Below, in pieces: positions 8,930 through 18,209 of a stretch of DNA of 40,960 nucleotides (position 1 is the first letter of the stretch; each line of letters begins with the position of its first letter). The stretch lies in IMG/VR virus record IMGVR_UViG_3300048086_000003, positions 1 through 40,960 of that record; one strand, 5' to 3'. The translations under genes were made by a program, and so were the position numbers. The stretch is from a virus. Taxonomy: Duplodnaviria; Caudoviricetes. Below the pieces are notes generated by a model, which saw only the letters and a program-made list of their open reading frames with translations, searched no databases and had not been told where the DNA came from.

Positions 8930-9676
8930 ATGCCACTAGGCTCATTCAAAGGCTCATCGTATCCGTACGTGAGCAACAGGGCGTTGACAACTACTCGTCG
9001 CGGCATTCAGCGTGGCGGGTCGTTGGTGTACCATCAAAACTGGGCGAACCCTTCAGCGAAGGTTGCTAACGGTTTGCTTACCGCTACAGCAGGTCCGAAT
9101 ACTACTACGATCACACCGGCGTTGAACGGTTCGCTGACGTCAGGCGGAGTGGGAATACTGCTTCCGACGTTTGGCGTGTTCACTGGTGGTAGGAACGTGG
9201 TAGTTACGGTTACGCACGGATCGTCGATTGTCGCAGAGAACGGTGTCATTACCGGTATCGACGTGTACGGCGTGAGACGTTCAGAGACGTGGAACGTCAC
9301 AGCGACGGGTACATCGAAGACCTACGTATCAAAGACCGCTTTCAAGCAGGTGCTATCCATTACGATCACAGCGGCCTCAGACGCGTCGGCAGATACGAAC
9401 ACCTTCGGAGACGGGGATCTCTTGGGACTCGACGTGATCCTGCCAGTCGCACTCGGTCTGACGGGCACATCGTTGAAAGAGGTTGTCGCCGCTGCGCTCG
9501 TCACGACAGGTGTGATGGTTGCTGGCGGTATCGCAATCTCGGCAGCAGGCGTTATCTCAATTACTGCTAACGCCGATCCTAGAGGTACCTACGCACCGGC
9601 TACGATTCCCAACGGCGCGACGACGTACGATCTGTGGTATATCAGCGATATTCCTGAATACAGCGGCGGGGCGTAA
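8930..9676 (+). CDS. Virion structural/decoration protein
   Basis: Thr/Gly/Ala-rich beta protein directly after the MCP. Confidence 0.6.
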   Translation: MPLGSFKGSSYPYVSNRALTTTRRGIQRGGSLVYHQNWANPSAKVANGLLTATAGPNTTTITPALNGSLTSGGVGILLPTFGVFTGGRNVVVTVTHGSSIVAENGVITGIDVYGVRRSETWNVTATGTSKTYVSKTAFKQVLSITITAASDASADTNTFGDGDLLGLDVILPVALGLTGTSLKEVVAAALVTTGVMVAGGIAISAAGVISITANADPRGTYAPATIPNGATTYDLWYISDIPEYSGGA

Positions 9677-9678
9677 AT

Positions 9679-9698
9679 CTTGTCCCGTTCTGGACAAG
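9679..9698. promoter_or_regulatory. Palindromic site 3, CTTGTCC-CGTTCT-GGACAAG
   Basis: Perfect copy filling the intergenic gap; overlaps the SD region of the 9703 gene. Confidence 0.85.
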
Positions 9699-9702
9699 GG
9701 GC

Positions 9703-9996
9703 ATGAGAAGACTGCTAGCGGTAGGAGTAATAGGCTCCTGGGAAGGGGAATGGCAGAAAGCTCAAGGAAACGAGCTTTCGGTCGCCGCTGCTCCTATCAG
9801 TGAGGGGGAGCAGGTATATCTGCAGGTGGAACGTGCCGATTCTCCAATCGAGGCGTTTCCTCTTTCAGATATACCTGTCCTTCTTCAAATGGAACGAGGA
9901 TCCCGCTACCGCGTGGTTAAGTATGGTAACGGCGTTGATGCACCACTCGCCACGACGGTAGAGGTGATTCTCTCAAATGGCTCGCTCGACACATGA
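9703..9996 (+). CDS. Hypothetical protein
   Basis: Tiles the operon between flanking genes. Confidence 0.6.
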   Translation: MRRLLAVGVIGSWEGEWQKAQGNELSVAAAPISEGEQVYLQVERADSPIEAFPLSDIPVLLQMERGSRYRVVKYGNGVDAPLATTVEVILSNGSLDT

Positions 9997-10345
9997 CCTA
10001 GGAATACTCACCATAGCCAACGGCCAGACTGTCAGCAACGTTCTTAGCGGCGCCGGGGTTGTTCAGGCTGCGTTGGGTTCTGCAAATGTCACTACGATCT
10101 TCACTCCTGCAACGCTACCGGAAACGGTTAACGTTGAGGTCGCGCCAGTTATAAATCCGCAAGCTGCTGACTGGAAGAGGTTGCAGTGGCAGCCGGGCAC
10201 GGATTTAGTGTTAGCAGCAGCTAGAGCTGTTAACATCCCGCTGATCGCAGCCTTTAAGGCTCTCAGAATCGTCGCTAGTGGCGCTGTGGCGGCGGACCGG
10301 GCTTTTAGGGTGCTGACCCAAGTCGACTCGGATTCGGCGTTCTAA
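9977..10345 (+). CDS. Small beta-sandwich virion protein (paralog A1)
   Basis: GAGGTG SD; shares motifs with the next gene. Confidence 0.65.
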   Translation: MARSTHDLGILTIANGQTVSNVLSGAGVVQAALGSANVTTIFTPATLPETVNVEVAPVINPQAADWKRLQWQPGTDLVLAAARAVNIPLIAAFKALRIVASGAVAADRAFRVLTQVDSDSAF

Positions 10346-10671
10346 TGGCGAAACAGTGGACGGAGCTAGAGAGGCTCGTAATTCCTAAGGGCTGCAACAA
10401 GTCGAATACGACCTCCCTTCATCCGAAGACGGGGACAATTGCGACTATCACGATCTACGGACCAGACGGCCACGTGAGCGCATTCGTCTACGTTAGCGCG
10501 GACGGGGAGAGGTTCTGCCCTTTCGTGCACAGAGGAAAGCCTGTCCAGGTTGAACCTCGCTCTGCATGCGATATTCCTCTACCCGCCTGCAGAGCTATGC
10601 GGTTAGAGACAATCTCGCCAGTCGACGGGGAACTTGCGTTTCAGGTACTTGCTCTTCTTGAGGTCGACTAG
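10345..10671 (+). CDS. Small beta-sandwich protein (paralog A2)
   Basis: TAATG coupling; shares motifs with the previous gene. Confidence 0.65.
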   Translation: MAKQWTELERLVIPKGCNKSNTTSLHPKTGTIATITIYGPDGHVSAFVYVSADGERFCPFVHRGKPVQVEPRSACDIPLPACRAMRLETISPVDGELAFQVLALLEVD

Positions 10672-10673
10672 CG

Positions 10674-12155
10674 ATGTTCGTATTTGTTCCACGGACTGTT
10701 AGTAGCGGAGGTGGCGCTGGGGTAATCTCTATCGCGGCCCGGCTCGAGCGCTTTGACGGTGGTTCGGGTTCTTACACCGTTACGAATGGCGTGGCGTTTC
10801 GGCCCGGCGATCTCACGACAGCCATGCTCACGGCGAAGAAACTGCGTGTCTTCGTCAGCGGCGTTGAGCAGGCAGTCTATGTCGAGGCCCAGCTGGGCCG
10901 TCATCCTGATGGGACCGTGAAGGTGGCATTGATTCAGTTCATCAAGACGTTCACCGGATCGGTCTCGGCGGAAATCCGGCTGGGCGAAGTCCGACAGACG
11001 AGTGACATCTCTAAGCAGACGCTCAACGCGGCGCCCGATGCGTTCATCTTCCCGGCCAGCCCAACCTATTTGTGCGCGGCGACTCCGCTGTGGAAAAGCA
11101 TCACGCCGATGGCGAACCGACCGACGGGGACATTCTGGGATGAGTGGGAGCTGCGCTACTCGTCTACCTCGCCCTATACCAACATCGGGAGCAAGGCATT
11201 CTTCGACCGCTCCATCAACGATAACGATTGGGCGCGCGTCTATAATGGCGCGGCTTATCTCTGGGCGTGTCATCACTACGAGTTCTTTGCGATGACGGGG
11301 CAGGGCAAGTACCTGTGGCGCGCGGTCCGGATCGCCAATCTCATCCTGACGCAGTTCCTCAACGTCGCATCGCCGCCGTGGAACGAGAACGAAGCGTACA
11401 TCGTCTGCCAGCCCGAAGCCCTTATGCACTACTGGATCACCGGCACGATCACGTCGCGTGACGCCGCGTACACGATCATGCAGAACGCTGGAATCGTGGC
11501 GAACGTCACTGCGGCGCAGATGGCCAGCCGGACTTACCAGTACAATCATGGGCGCGTCGCGTGGGATCACCTCGCGCCACTGGCAATCGGAGCGCATCTC
11601 GACCTGACTTCTATCCCGGACTGGGAGTCCAGCGTCAGTACTTGGGCAGCGAAGGCGCTGAAGGCCGTCGATGCGGTCATCACGCAGCAATTCTCCGATG
11701 GCCGCAATACCTGGCCGGACACGAACACCGTGTATCCCCCGCCGGCGGCGCAACAGAACTGGCAAGTCTTCCTGCGTTCCACCGGCCTCATTATGTACCA
11801 CAAGTGGGTGGATGCCGACTCACGCATCTATCAGCACATCCTCGATGGCTACAACTACGTCAACGACAATTTCTGGATTTCCGCCGATCGAGGGTGGAAC
11901 ATCGTTGATGATCTCGGCTCGCATGGCAGTGATAACGCCAGTCTGAATGGTTTTGGGCTTGAAATGCTCGCATGGCTCTACCGCCAGACGGGCAATCCCG
12001 CCTACGTGACGCGCGGTGACGAGGCTGTGCACGGTGTCGTGAGCAATGCGTTCTGGCCCGATCCCACACCGGGTCCTGATAACTACGGTAAGCAGTTCAA
12101 CGAACAGCATTGGGGCTTAATGACCTATATCGCAGCGCGACAGGGGGTTGCCTAA
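10674..12155 (+). CDS. Putative carbohydrate-active virion protein (beta-barrel plus alpha/alpha barrel)
   Basis: VTNGVAFRPGDL...LGRHPDGTVKVALIQF resembles the N-terminal domain of PcRGLX/YetA-like lyases. Trp/Tyr-rich helical repeats such as FAMTGQGKYL and LYRQTGNPAY. Confidence 0.55.
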   Translation: MFVFVPRTVSSGGGAGVISIAARLERFDGGSGSYTVTNGVAFRPGDLTTAMLTAKKLRVFVSGVEQAVYVEAQLGRHPDGTVKVALIQFIKTFTGSVSAEIRLGEVRQTSDISKQTLNAAPDAFIFPASPTYLCAATPLWKSITPMANRPTGTFWDEWELRYSSTSPYTNIGSKAFFDRSINDNDWARVYNGAAYLWACHHYEFFAMTGQGKYLWRAVRIANLILTQFLNVASPPWNENEAYIVCQPEALMHYWITGTITSRDAAYTIMQNAGIVANVTAAQMASRTYQYNHGRVAWDHLAPLAIGAHLDLTSIPDWESSVSTWAAKALKAVDAVITQQFSDGRNTWPDTNTVYPPPAAQQNWQVFLRSTGLIMYHKWVDADSRIYQHILDGYNYVNDNFWISADRGWNIVDDLGSHGSDNASLNGFGLEMLAWLYRQTGNPAYVTRGDEAVHGVVSNAFWPDPTPGPDNYGKQFNEQHWGLMTYIAARQGVA

Positions 12156-13889
12156 ATGGCGGCGATCACGACAGCTGCAGCCGGCAACTGGTCGGCGACC
12201 GGGACATGGACGGGCGGTGTTGTGCCCGGCAACGGCGATACCGTGACCCTCAACCATGCGGTAACCTGCGATGACAACCGCACGGTGGGCGTCAGTCCCG
12301 CGGCCGGCGCGGGGACGGCGGCGATCGCCGCGAATAGCAATCTCACTGTTGCGGGTACTGCGACGCTGACGTGCCGCGGGGACATTACGCTGAATAATGT
12401 TCAGCTCATTCTCTCTGCTGGTGCCGTATTCGAGTTCGATGCGAGCCAGGCAGGTACGCCCTCGACCGCTCGTTATGTGTGTCAGATCGGGACCGCTGGC
12501 GGTCAATCGTCTAAGCTCCAAGTAAACGGCACGGTCGGGAGTCGGTGCACAATTCGCTCAGTCAATACCAACGGGGGCGCCAATGGCCGTTTCACAGGTG
12601 ACTTCCTGCGCGCCGGCATGGCCGATGTGACCTACTGTGATTTCCTGCGGATTGGTGACGCCAGTAATAACGCCTTTTTCGTGTTCTGGAATAACGATAC
12701 GAATACGTTTTCGCTCGTCCAATGCATTTTGGATGCATGCGGAAAGTTCGGTGCAGACACGGATATCGGAGGGGCGTTCACGCTTCGCCTGGATCACGTC
12801 ACGACTAGAAACTCCGTTGGTCCTTACTCGTTCTGGGCGAATACGGTTGCGGCTAAGAGCGGCGGGCTGCGGTCGATAACCCACTGTGTCTTTGATATTG
12901 TAGCGTTGCTTGGTCTTAAGAACTTGACCATCTTCGACGTGGAGTTCTTGGATAGATTTGAGGAAACTACCGCTTCCACCCATGACGACTGGCATGGCAA
13001 TCTTGTATCAACCACTAGTCAGGTTGAAGGTGATCTTGCTGATAGTGTCACCAACGACTACTGGCTAAAGGTTGGAAACATTAACAATCCGCACTTCTTG
13101 CAGCCACTCGACGCGTCGATGACGATAGACGGAGTCATCTTCGAGTTAACAGGCGGCACGGCCACCAACGGCGACTGTATTCTGATGCCTACGCCAGGGG
13201 CTGCTCGTGTCTACACAGCTCGTAGATGCATTGTGCTACCTAACGATGCTGGCGGGCAAAGCGGTAACTTCATCACAGCTCTCGGTAATGCCAACGTGAC
13301 TTTCTCAGCGCAGCATAACACCTACTGCTGCTCTGTCGATACCTCCGATGGTATCGTGGTTGGTGAGACTTTCAATGCCCAGGCAGGTATGTGTAGTCTG
13401 TTGAAGGATAACATTGCGTGGCATGCGACAGCTGGTGGCTTTAAGATTACGAATACAAACGGAGGACCGAACAACGACGTAGTGACAGCTGCGAATGCCG
13501 ACTTCAACAGCGGCTGGAATCTTCAGGCGGGATCAAAAGGTAAGGGCTATAACACCCCGATGACAGGGACGCCAGGTGCAAATGACATAGACGGCGATCC
13601 GCAGTTTATGGACCGGACTCGAAACATCAAGACGTGGGATGCGTCGCTTGGTGGCCCTGGCACGGCTGCTCACGCGCTCGCTGAGCTCGGAAAGATTAAC
13701 GATGCGGCGGGCTATAATCCTGCCTACACCATCGCGGCGTTGTGGACCTATGTGCGAGATGGCTTCCGGCCTCAGCGCGCTGCATTGCATAACTCTGCTT
13801 CAGATGGAACAGACATCGGAGCGGTTCCGGTGCTTAATACGACAATCTACGTGCCTATCATGCAGCAAATGCGACGGGCCATGATCTAG
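12156..13889 (+). CDS. Beta-helix fibre/spike-like protein
   Basis: GNWSATGTWTGGVVP...GDTVT start, Asn/Cys-ladder-like repeats, terminal DPQF...DGTDIGA motif typical of pectin-lyase-like folds. Confidence 0.6.
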   Translation: MAAITTAAAGNWSATGTWTGGVVPGNGDTVTLNHAVTCDDNRTVGVSPAAGAGTAAIAANSNLTVAGTATLTCRGDITLNNVQLILSAGAVFEFDASQAGTPSTARYVCQIGTAGGQSSKLQVNGTVGSRCTIRSVNTNGGANGRFTGDFLRAGMADVTYCDFLRIGDASNNAFFVFWNNDTNTFSLVQCILDACGKFGADTDIGGAFTLRLDHVTTRNSVGPYSFWANTVAAKSGGLRSITHCVFDIVALLGLKNLTIFDVEFLDRFEETTASTHDDWHGNLVSTTSQVEGDLADSVTNDYWLKVGNINNPHFLQPLDASMTIDGVIFELTGGTATNGDCILMPTPGAARVYTARRCIVLPNDAGGQSGNFITALGNANVTFSAQHNTYCCSVDTSDGIVVGETFNAQAGMCSLLKDNIAWHATAGGFKITNTNGGPNNDVVTAANADFNSGWNLQAGSKGKGYNTPMTGTPGANDIDGDPQFMDRTRNIKTWDASLGGPGTAAHALAELGKINDAAGYNPAYTIAALWTYVRDGFRPQRAALHNSASDGTDIGAVPVLNTTIYVPIMQQMRRAMI

Positions 13890-13900
13890 GAGACTGGTAC

Positions 13901-14470
13901 ATGTCACTGCAAAGCTATCAGGAAACACTCATTACGCAGCCCGATGCAGGGACGCTGTTCGCCACCTATACGACTGCGAAGACAGTTATCAATCCTACCG
14001 CACTCTGGACGATGCCGCCGAACTACTTGCGTCCAGGCAGACTGCTTCGCGTCTTCGTAATGGGAGCGGTCTCGAACATCGTGACAACGCCAGGACTGAT
14101 GAACTTTCAAGTCATCATAGGTGGCGTAGCAGCGTTTGATACTGGCAACATTCAGCTTAACGCTACAGCGCACACGACATTGCCGTTCTGGCTAGACGCT
14201 GTGTTGACTTGTAGAGCTATCGGAAACGGGACCAGCGCAAACATGATGGGTCTTGCATGTGTCACAGGGCGTATGTTTACGCTAACTGCAGGCCAGACGG
14301 ATGACGTGCAGGGTATGCAGATTATTCTTGCGCCGGCAACGGCTCCAGCTGTCGGCACGGGGTTTAACTCCACGATTGCCAATATTGTAGATTTCTTTGT
14401 AGGGTTTACAATCTCCAACGCCGGCAACGGTGTGCAGATTCATCAGTATCAGCTAGTAGCAATAAACTGA
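13901..14470 (+). CDS. Probable virion structural protein
   Basis: AGGAG SD; beta-rich Thr/Gly/Asn composition. Confidence 0.6.
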   Translation: MSLQSYQETLITQPDAGTLFATYTTAKTVINPTALWTMPPNYLRPGRLLRVFVMGAVSNIVTTPGLMNFQVIIGGVAAFDTGNIQLNATAHTTLPFWLDAVLTCRAIGNGTSANMMGLACVTGRMFTLTAGQTDDVQGMQIILAPATAPAVGTGFNSTIANIVDFFVGFTISNAGNGVQIHQYQLVAIN

Positions 14471-14471
14471 G

Positions 14472-14666
14472 ATGGCAGGTTTTCCTGCAGGCTTTGGTAG
14501 TCCTAGTAGTATAGGTCCGTTGTTTTTCCCTGCAACGGATAGCGATGTGAATGCGTTTAACGAGGCGTTCATGGCTGCAATGCAGTGTCCTTGGCCACTC
14601 TTGGCTCTGGACCTACCCCAGGTGGTAGCTTCGGGGATGACACCACCTGATCTTGTCAATCCCTAA
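14472..14666 (+). CDS. Small Pro-rich hypothetical protein
   Basis: Starts 1 nt after the upstream stop and fills the gap. Confidence 0.55.
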   Translation: MAGFPAGFGSPSSIGPLFFPATDSDVNAFNEAFMAAMQCPWPLLALDLPQVVASGMTPPDLVNP

Positions 14667-14684
14667 CGTAAGGAGTGAGTAGAC

Positions 14685-15128
14685 ATGGCTAGTTACCAGG
14701 GGGCACATCGGACGCCAGTGGGGTCGAACCTCACGATTCTCGCACTGGAGTCCTCGGCGTCGGTAGTGGGGAGGATTCATCAGCTCGTTATCGGCTCCGA
14801 CGCCACGCCAGCTGATGTAGCGACGCGCTTCGACATGCTACGGCATACTACGGCTGGTGCGGCAGGCACGGCAGTGGTTGAGAAGCCGACCGATCCGCAG
14901 GGCGCAGTTGCGTCTTGCAATCTTCGGGGCGGGACGATGACGGAGCCCACATACGAAGCGGACTTCCTGCTGGAGATTGCGCTGAACCAGCGTGCAACTT
15001 TCACCTGGATTGCCAATCCAGGTCGTGAGCTTCGGACCACAGTTGGTACAGCCAACGGACTCGGGCTGCGCTCGATCAGCTCAGGTGGTACGCCGAACGC
15101 TAACGTAACGTTTGGCTGGGACGAGTGA
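14685..15128 (+). CDS. Probable virion structural protein
   Basis: AAGGAG SD; beta-sandwich-like pattern ending in FGWDE. Confidence 0.6.
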   Translation: MASYQGAHRTPVGSNLTILALESSASVVGRIHQLVIGSDATPADVATRFDMLRHTTAGAAGTAVVEKPTDPQGAVASCNLRGGTMTEPTYEADFLLEIALNQRATFTWIANPGRELRTTVGTANGLGLRSISSGGTPNANVTFGWDE

Positions 15129-15134
15129 CGTCGT

Positions 15135-15380
15135 ATGTTCGGCGACGGCGAGCACACAGTACGGAAACCATCTGGGACCATCATCATCGTTGGTGATGGT
15201 CCGGTAGTTGAGCATGACACATTGCAGTGTGTACACTGTATGAAGCACTGGATTGTACAGCCTGGATCTGGGCGTCGTCGCGGGTGGTGTACACACTGTA
15301 ATGGTCCACTTTGTGGGGATAAGAAGTGTTTTACTTGCGTTCCGTTCATGAAGAAGATTGAGGGCGAAGCCAAGTGGTGA
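15135..15380 (+). CDS. Cys-rich putative Zn-binding protein
   Basis: CVHC...CTHC...LC...CFTC. Confidence 0.7.
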   Translation: MFGDGEHTVRKPSGTIIIVGDGPVVEHDTLQCVHCMKHWIVQPGSGRRRGWCTHCNGPLCGDKKCFTCVPFMKKIEGEAKW

Positions 15381-15387
15381 GTAACTG

Positions 15388-17079
15388 ATGTCGCGTAGTC
15401 AGTATCAGTATCAGGCAATCGTTGGCCCTGTATGGACTGCAGCTGTTGCTGCTAGTCTGGCCTGGTTACCAGCGGGCAATACAGGCGCTCAGCCACAGCG
15501 CGCTCTTCCAGGCGCTAATCAGTACACTGCTACAGTGAGTGTTGTAGCGGCTCCGCTGTTCGACCCAGCGCAATTCCCGTACACGATCACACCACAACCA
15601 GTGCGGGTGCAGCGAGCGCTTGGCGGAACTGTACAGCCACTCGCATACGACCCAGCAGCATTCCCGTGGAACGCTGCCACTCCGATACCAATTCGCGTAA
15701 GAGCTGCGCCTCGCGACGTCACGGTTCTGCCACCGCGTCAGCCTGCGAGTTTCGATTCTGCGACGTTCCCGTGGAATGTAACTCCTCTGTCGCGTCGTCT
15801 CGCTCGTGGCGTGCAGACGTGGAGTCTACTTGATCCATTCCCAGTTCCACCGCCCACGTTCGTTCCAGCGCAGTTTCCGTGGACTACTGTAACACCACAG
15901 CCTGGGCGGCGACTAGGCGCAAACCAGTATACTGGTCTTGTTGACGTCGCGTCAGTCGGAGCGCCGACTGTACTTGATCCAGCGAAGTTCCCACGAAGCG
16001 CTGGTTCTCCACAGCCGCAGCGTCGCCCTGGCGCTAACCAGTATACTGGCCTCGTGGACGTGGCAGTTACTGCAGCGCCAGTACCGTTCGACCCGGTTAA
16101 GTTCCCGTGGCCCAGCGCGGCACGGCCTACGCAGCGGCTAGGAGCGAATCAGTACGCAGGTCTCGTTGACGTTGCGCTAATCGGAACGTCAGCTGTGTTT
16201 AACCCGGCGCAGTTCCCGCACACTGCCACGCCTCAGCCGATCCTATACAGCACGTTGCGGCGACCGCAGGTTGAGGTTGTAGAGGCAGTACAGGAACTCG
16301 ACCCATCGCTACTGCAATGGCTGCCAGCGGGAGAGCAGCCACCTCGCTGGCGCGCAGTTGCAGCTGGCCGGTTAGGTATCAGTGTAGTCGATCCATTCCC
16401 ACGCCCAGCAGTTGTCTACGATCCGCGTGGGCTACAATGGCTCTACTATCAACGGCCTCAGTTGCGGAAGCTGGCTGCTGGTCGTCTTGACCGTACAGTC
16501 CTGGATGTCTTCCCACAGGCACCAGTTGTATTCGATCCGGTACGGTTCCCGTGGACTACTACACCTCAGCCAATTCGTATCCGCGCAACTCGGGCTGCTG
16601 AGGAAGTCTGTGGGTTCCAGGAGTTCGACCCGTCGCTGCTACAGTGGATTCCGGTCGGTGAACAGCCACCAAGATGGCGCGCTGCGTTAGCCATACGGAC
16701 GGGTCGAGCTGTATTAGATGTCTTCCCACGGCCTCCAGCGGCATTTGACTTTGCACAGTTCCCACAGGTCACGTACGTCAGACCGTTCTTCTTGTCACGA
16801 CGTGTTCCGACGACGAGCCTGGTCAGTCCGCTACTTGTCGCACTAGTCTCGCAGACTGATACAGGAAATTGGGAATCGTCTGGTGCGATTATTGTACCTG
16901 CAGACGGAGTATGGGAAGCCGCCGGTTCGGTAGGTGTTCTTACGACTTCAGTGTGGGAGTCGGAAGCGGGAGAGGAACAGATCTGCTCGACTGCGCCGAT
17001 AGCTGTGACATTCACGACAGGTGCACCAATTACTCCTACGTTCAGCTCGAATACTGCCATTGAGCCAAGCTGCGACTGA
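15388..17079 (+). CDS. Pro-rich repetitive protein (fibre/scaffold-like)
   Basis: Repeats of FDPAxFP[WY], GANQY (x4), DPSLLQWxPxGEQPPRWRA (x2) and C-terminal WE[SA] repeats. Confidence 0.75.
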   Translation: MSRSQYQYQAIVGPVWTAAVAASLAWLPAGNTGAQPQRALPGANQYTATVSVVAAPLFDPAQFPYTITPQPVRVQRALGGTVQPLAYDPAAFPWNAATPIPIRVRAAPRDVTVLPPRQPASFDSATFPWNVTPLSRRLARGVQTWSLLDPFPVPPPTFVPAQFPWTTVTPQPGRRLGANQYTGLVDVASVGAPTVLDPAKFPRSAGSPQPQRRPGANQYTGLVDVAVTAAPVPFDPVKFPWPSAARPTQRLGANQYAGLVDVALIGTSAVFNPAQFPHTATPQPILYSTLRRPQVEVVEAVQELDPSLLQWLPAGEQPPRWRAVAAGRLGISVVDPFPRPAVVYDPRGLQWLYYQRPQLRKLAAGRLDRTVLDVFPQAPVVFDPVRFPWTTTPQPIRIRATRAAEEVCGFQEFDPSLLQWIPVGEQPPRWRAALAIRTGRAVLDVFPRPPAAFDFAQFPQVTYVRPFFLSRRVPTTSLVSPLLVALVSQTDTGNWESSGAIIVPADGVWEAAGSVGVLTTSVWESEAGEEQICSTAPIAVTFTTGAPITPTFSSNTAIEPSCD

Positions 17080-17088
17080 GAGGACAAA

Positions 17089-17862
17089 ATGTCGATTGTA
17101 GCTTCTGAACTGATACCCTACTGCTGCATCAACCGTCCAACGGATGATACTTCAACAGCGGGCGGGGCGATAGCAGACACGACTGCTGGAGCGGCGAATA
17201 ACAAGGGCGTCCGACCTAGCTACACGCAGTGGTCAGCTGCGGCGGTTATCACGTTTCAGTCGTCGTCTGCAGGCGATACTCAGTCGATGAGTATCAAGGG
17301 CCGTACGACTACTGGCGCGTACACAACGGAAAGTCTGTCGCTTACTGGTACAACGGAGAAGGTGTCTGTAAATACCTACGAACGCATTCTCGGTTTTGAC
17401 GGAAACGTTGTAGCAGTTGGCACTATAACCGTCCGACAGGGTGCTGGTGGCACGACGCGATACACGATTCCTGTTGGTGAGACAGGTGCTAGTGCATTCT
17501 TCATCCGCTCTGCGTCTGAGTCTGGTGTCGCAATTCGATACGACAAGATGTTCTGGAAGAACACTAACGGGGCGCTGACGCTCAGTTCAGCGCAGTTGAA
17601 GTTGACCGCTGATCCGGATGCGAGGATTCGTATTGGCTCAGCGCCAGCGATAGATGATTCTGGGACGATTGCTAATAGGAAGACGACGCCTAGCACCGTA
17701 ACGTTTGTAGACGACAATGTTGCACAGGATATTACTAACATATCTGGGACTGGCTTACCAGCTGGGTCAAAGATCGGCGTGTGGATTGAGGAGAATCTCC
17801 CGGCGAGCGATCCTGCACACAGATCAACCTTCACTGTGCAGATTCAGGGAGCGACGGTATGA
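17089..17862 (+). CDS. Virion structural protein (paralog B1)
   Basis: GAGGA SD; clear paralog of 18206-18994. Confidence 0.7.
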   Translation: MSIVASELIPYCCINRPTDDTSTAGGAIADTTAGAANNKGVRPSYTQWSAAAVITFQSSSAGDTQSMSIKGRTTTGAYTTESLSLTGTTEKVSVNTYERILGFDGNVVAVGTITVRQGAGGTTRYTIPVGETGASAFFIRSASESGVAIRYDKMFWKNTNGALTLSSAQLKLTADPDARIRIGSAPAIDDSGTIANRKTTPSTVTFVDDNVAQDITNISGTGLPAGSKIGVWIEENLPASDPAHRSTFTVQIQGATV

Positions 17863-18209
17863 GTGACAGGGAAGATCTCCTTTCCAGAGTCGCTTCTGGT
17901 AATGCGATCACGAAGGAGGAAGCCGACTTTCTTCAGAGCGCTCTGGTATTGTCCTGTAAGGGACCGTATAGGAGCGAGAAGCATAAAGCTGAGTATGCAG
18001 AGATTCGATCAAAGATGGGGACTACTGGAGGCGGTGGAACGGGTTACGATATCGGGCTACTTGACTCGCTCAATCGTCAGGGATGTGGATACAACTTTAA
18101 CCAAGTTGTGATGCAGTTCCCGTACGATGGACGAGAACACTACGAACCCTGCCCAAAATGCGGGCAGATGATCTCCTTTAGATCACCATACTGGCCGGTG
18201 AGTGGATGA
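17859..18209 (+). CDS. Hypothetical protein with CPKC Zn-ribbon-like motif
   Basis: ATGA-coupled on both sides; Cys in LSCKG, QGCG and CPKCG. Confidence 0.7.
   Translation: MSDREDLLSRVASGNAITKEEADFLQSALVLSCKGPYRSEKHKAEYAEIRSKMGTTGGGGTGYDIGLLDSLNRQGCGYNFNQVVMQFPYDGREHYEPCPKCGQMISFRSPYWPVSG

Noticed and set aside
8886-8932. Stop readthrough fusing MCP to the next protein
   Set aside because: ATG 8930 is not in the MCP frame and no slippery site is visible at the MCP end.
10668-11801. 377-aa antisense ORF
   Set aside because: Shadow of the codon-biased + strand gene; Arg-rich with no motifs.
15388-17079. Possible CRISPR array or DGR template/variable repeats
   Set aside because: Repeats are degenerate, in-frame and protein-level. 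There is no constant repeat-spacer pattern and no reverse transcriptase.
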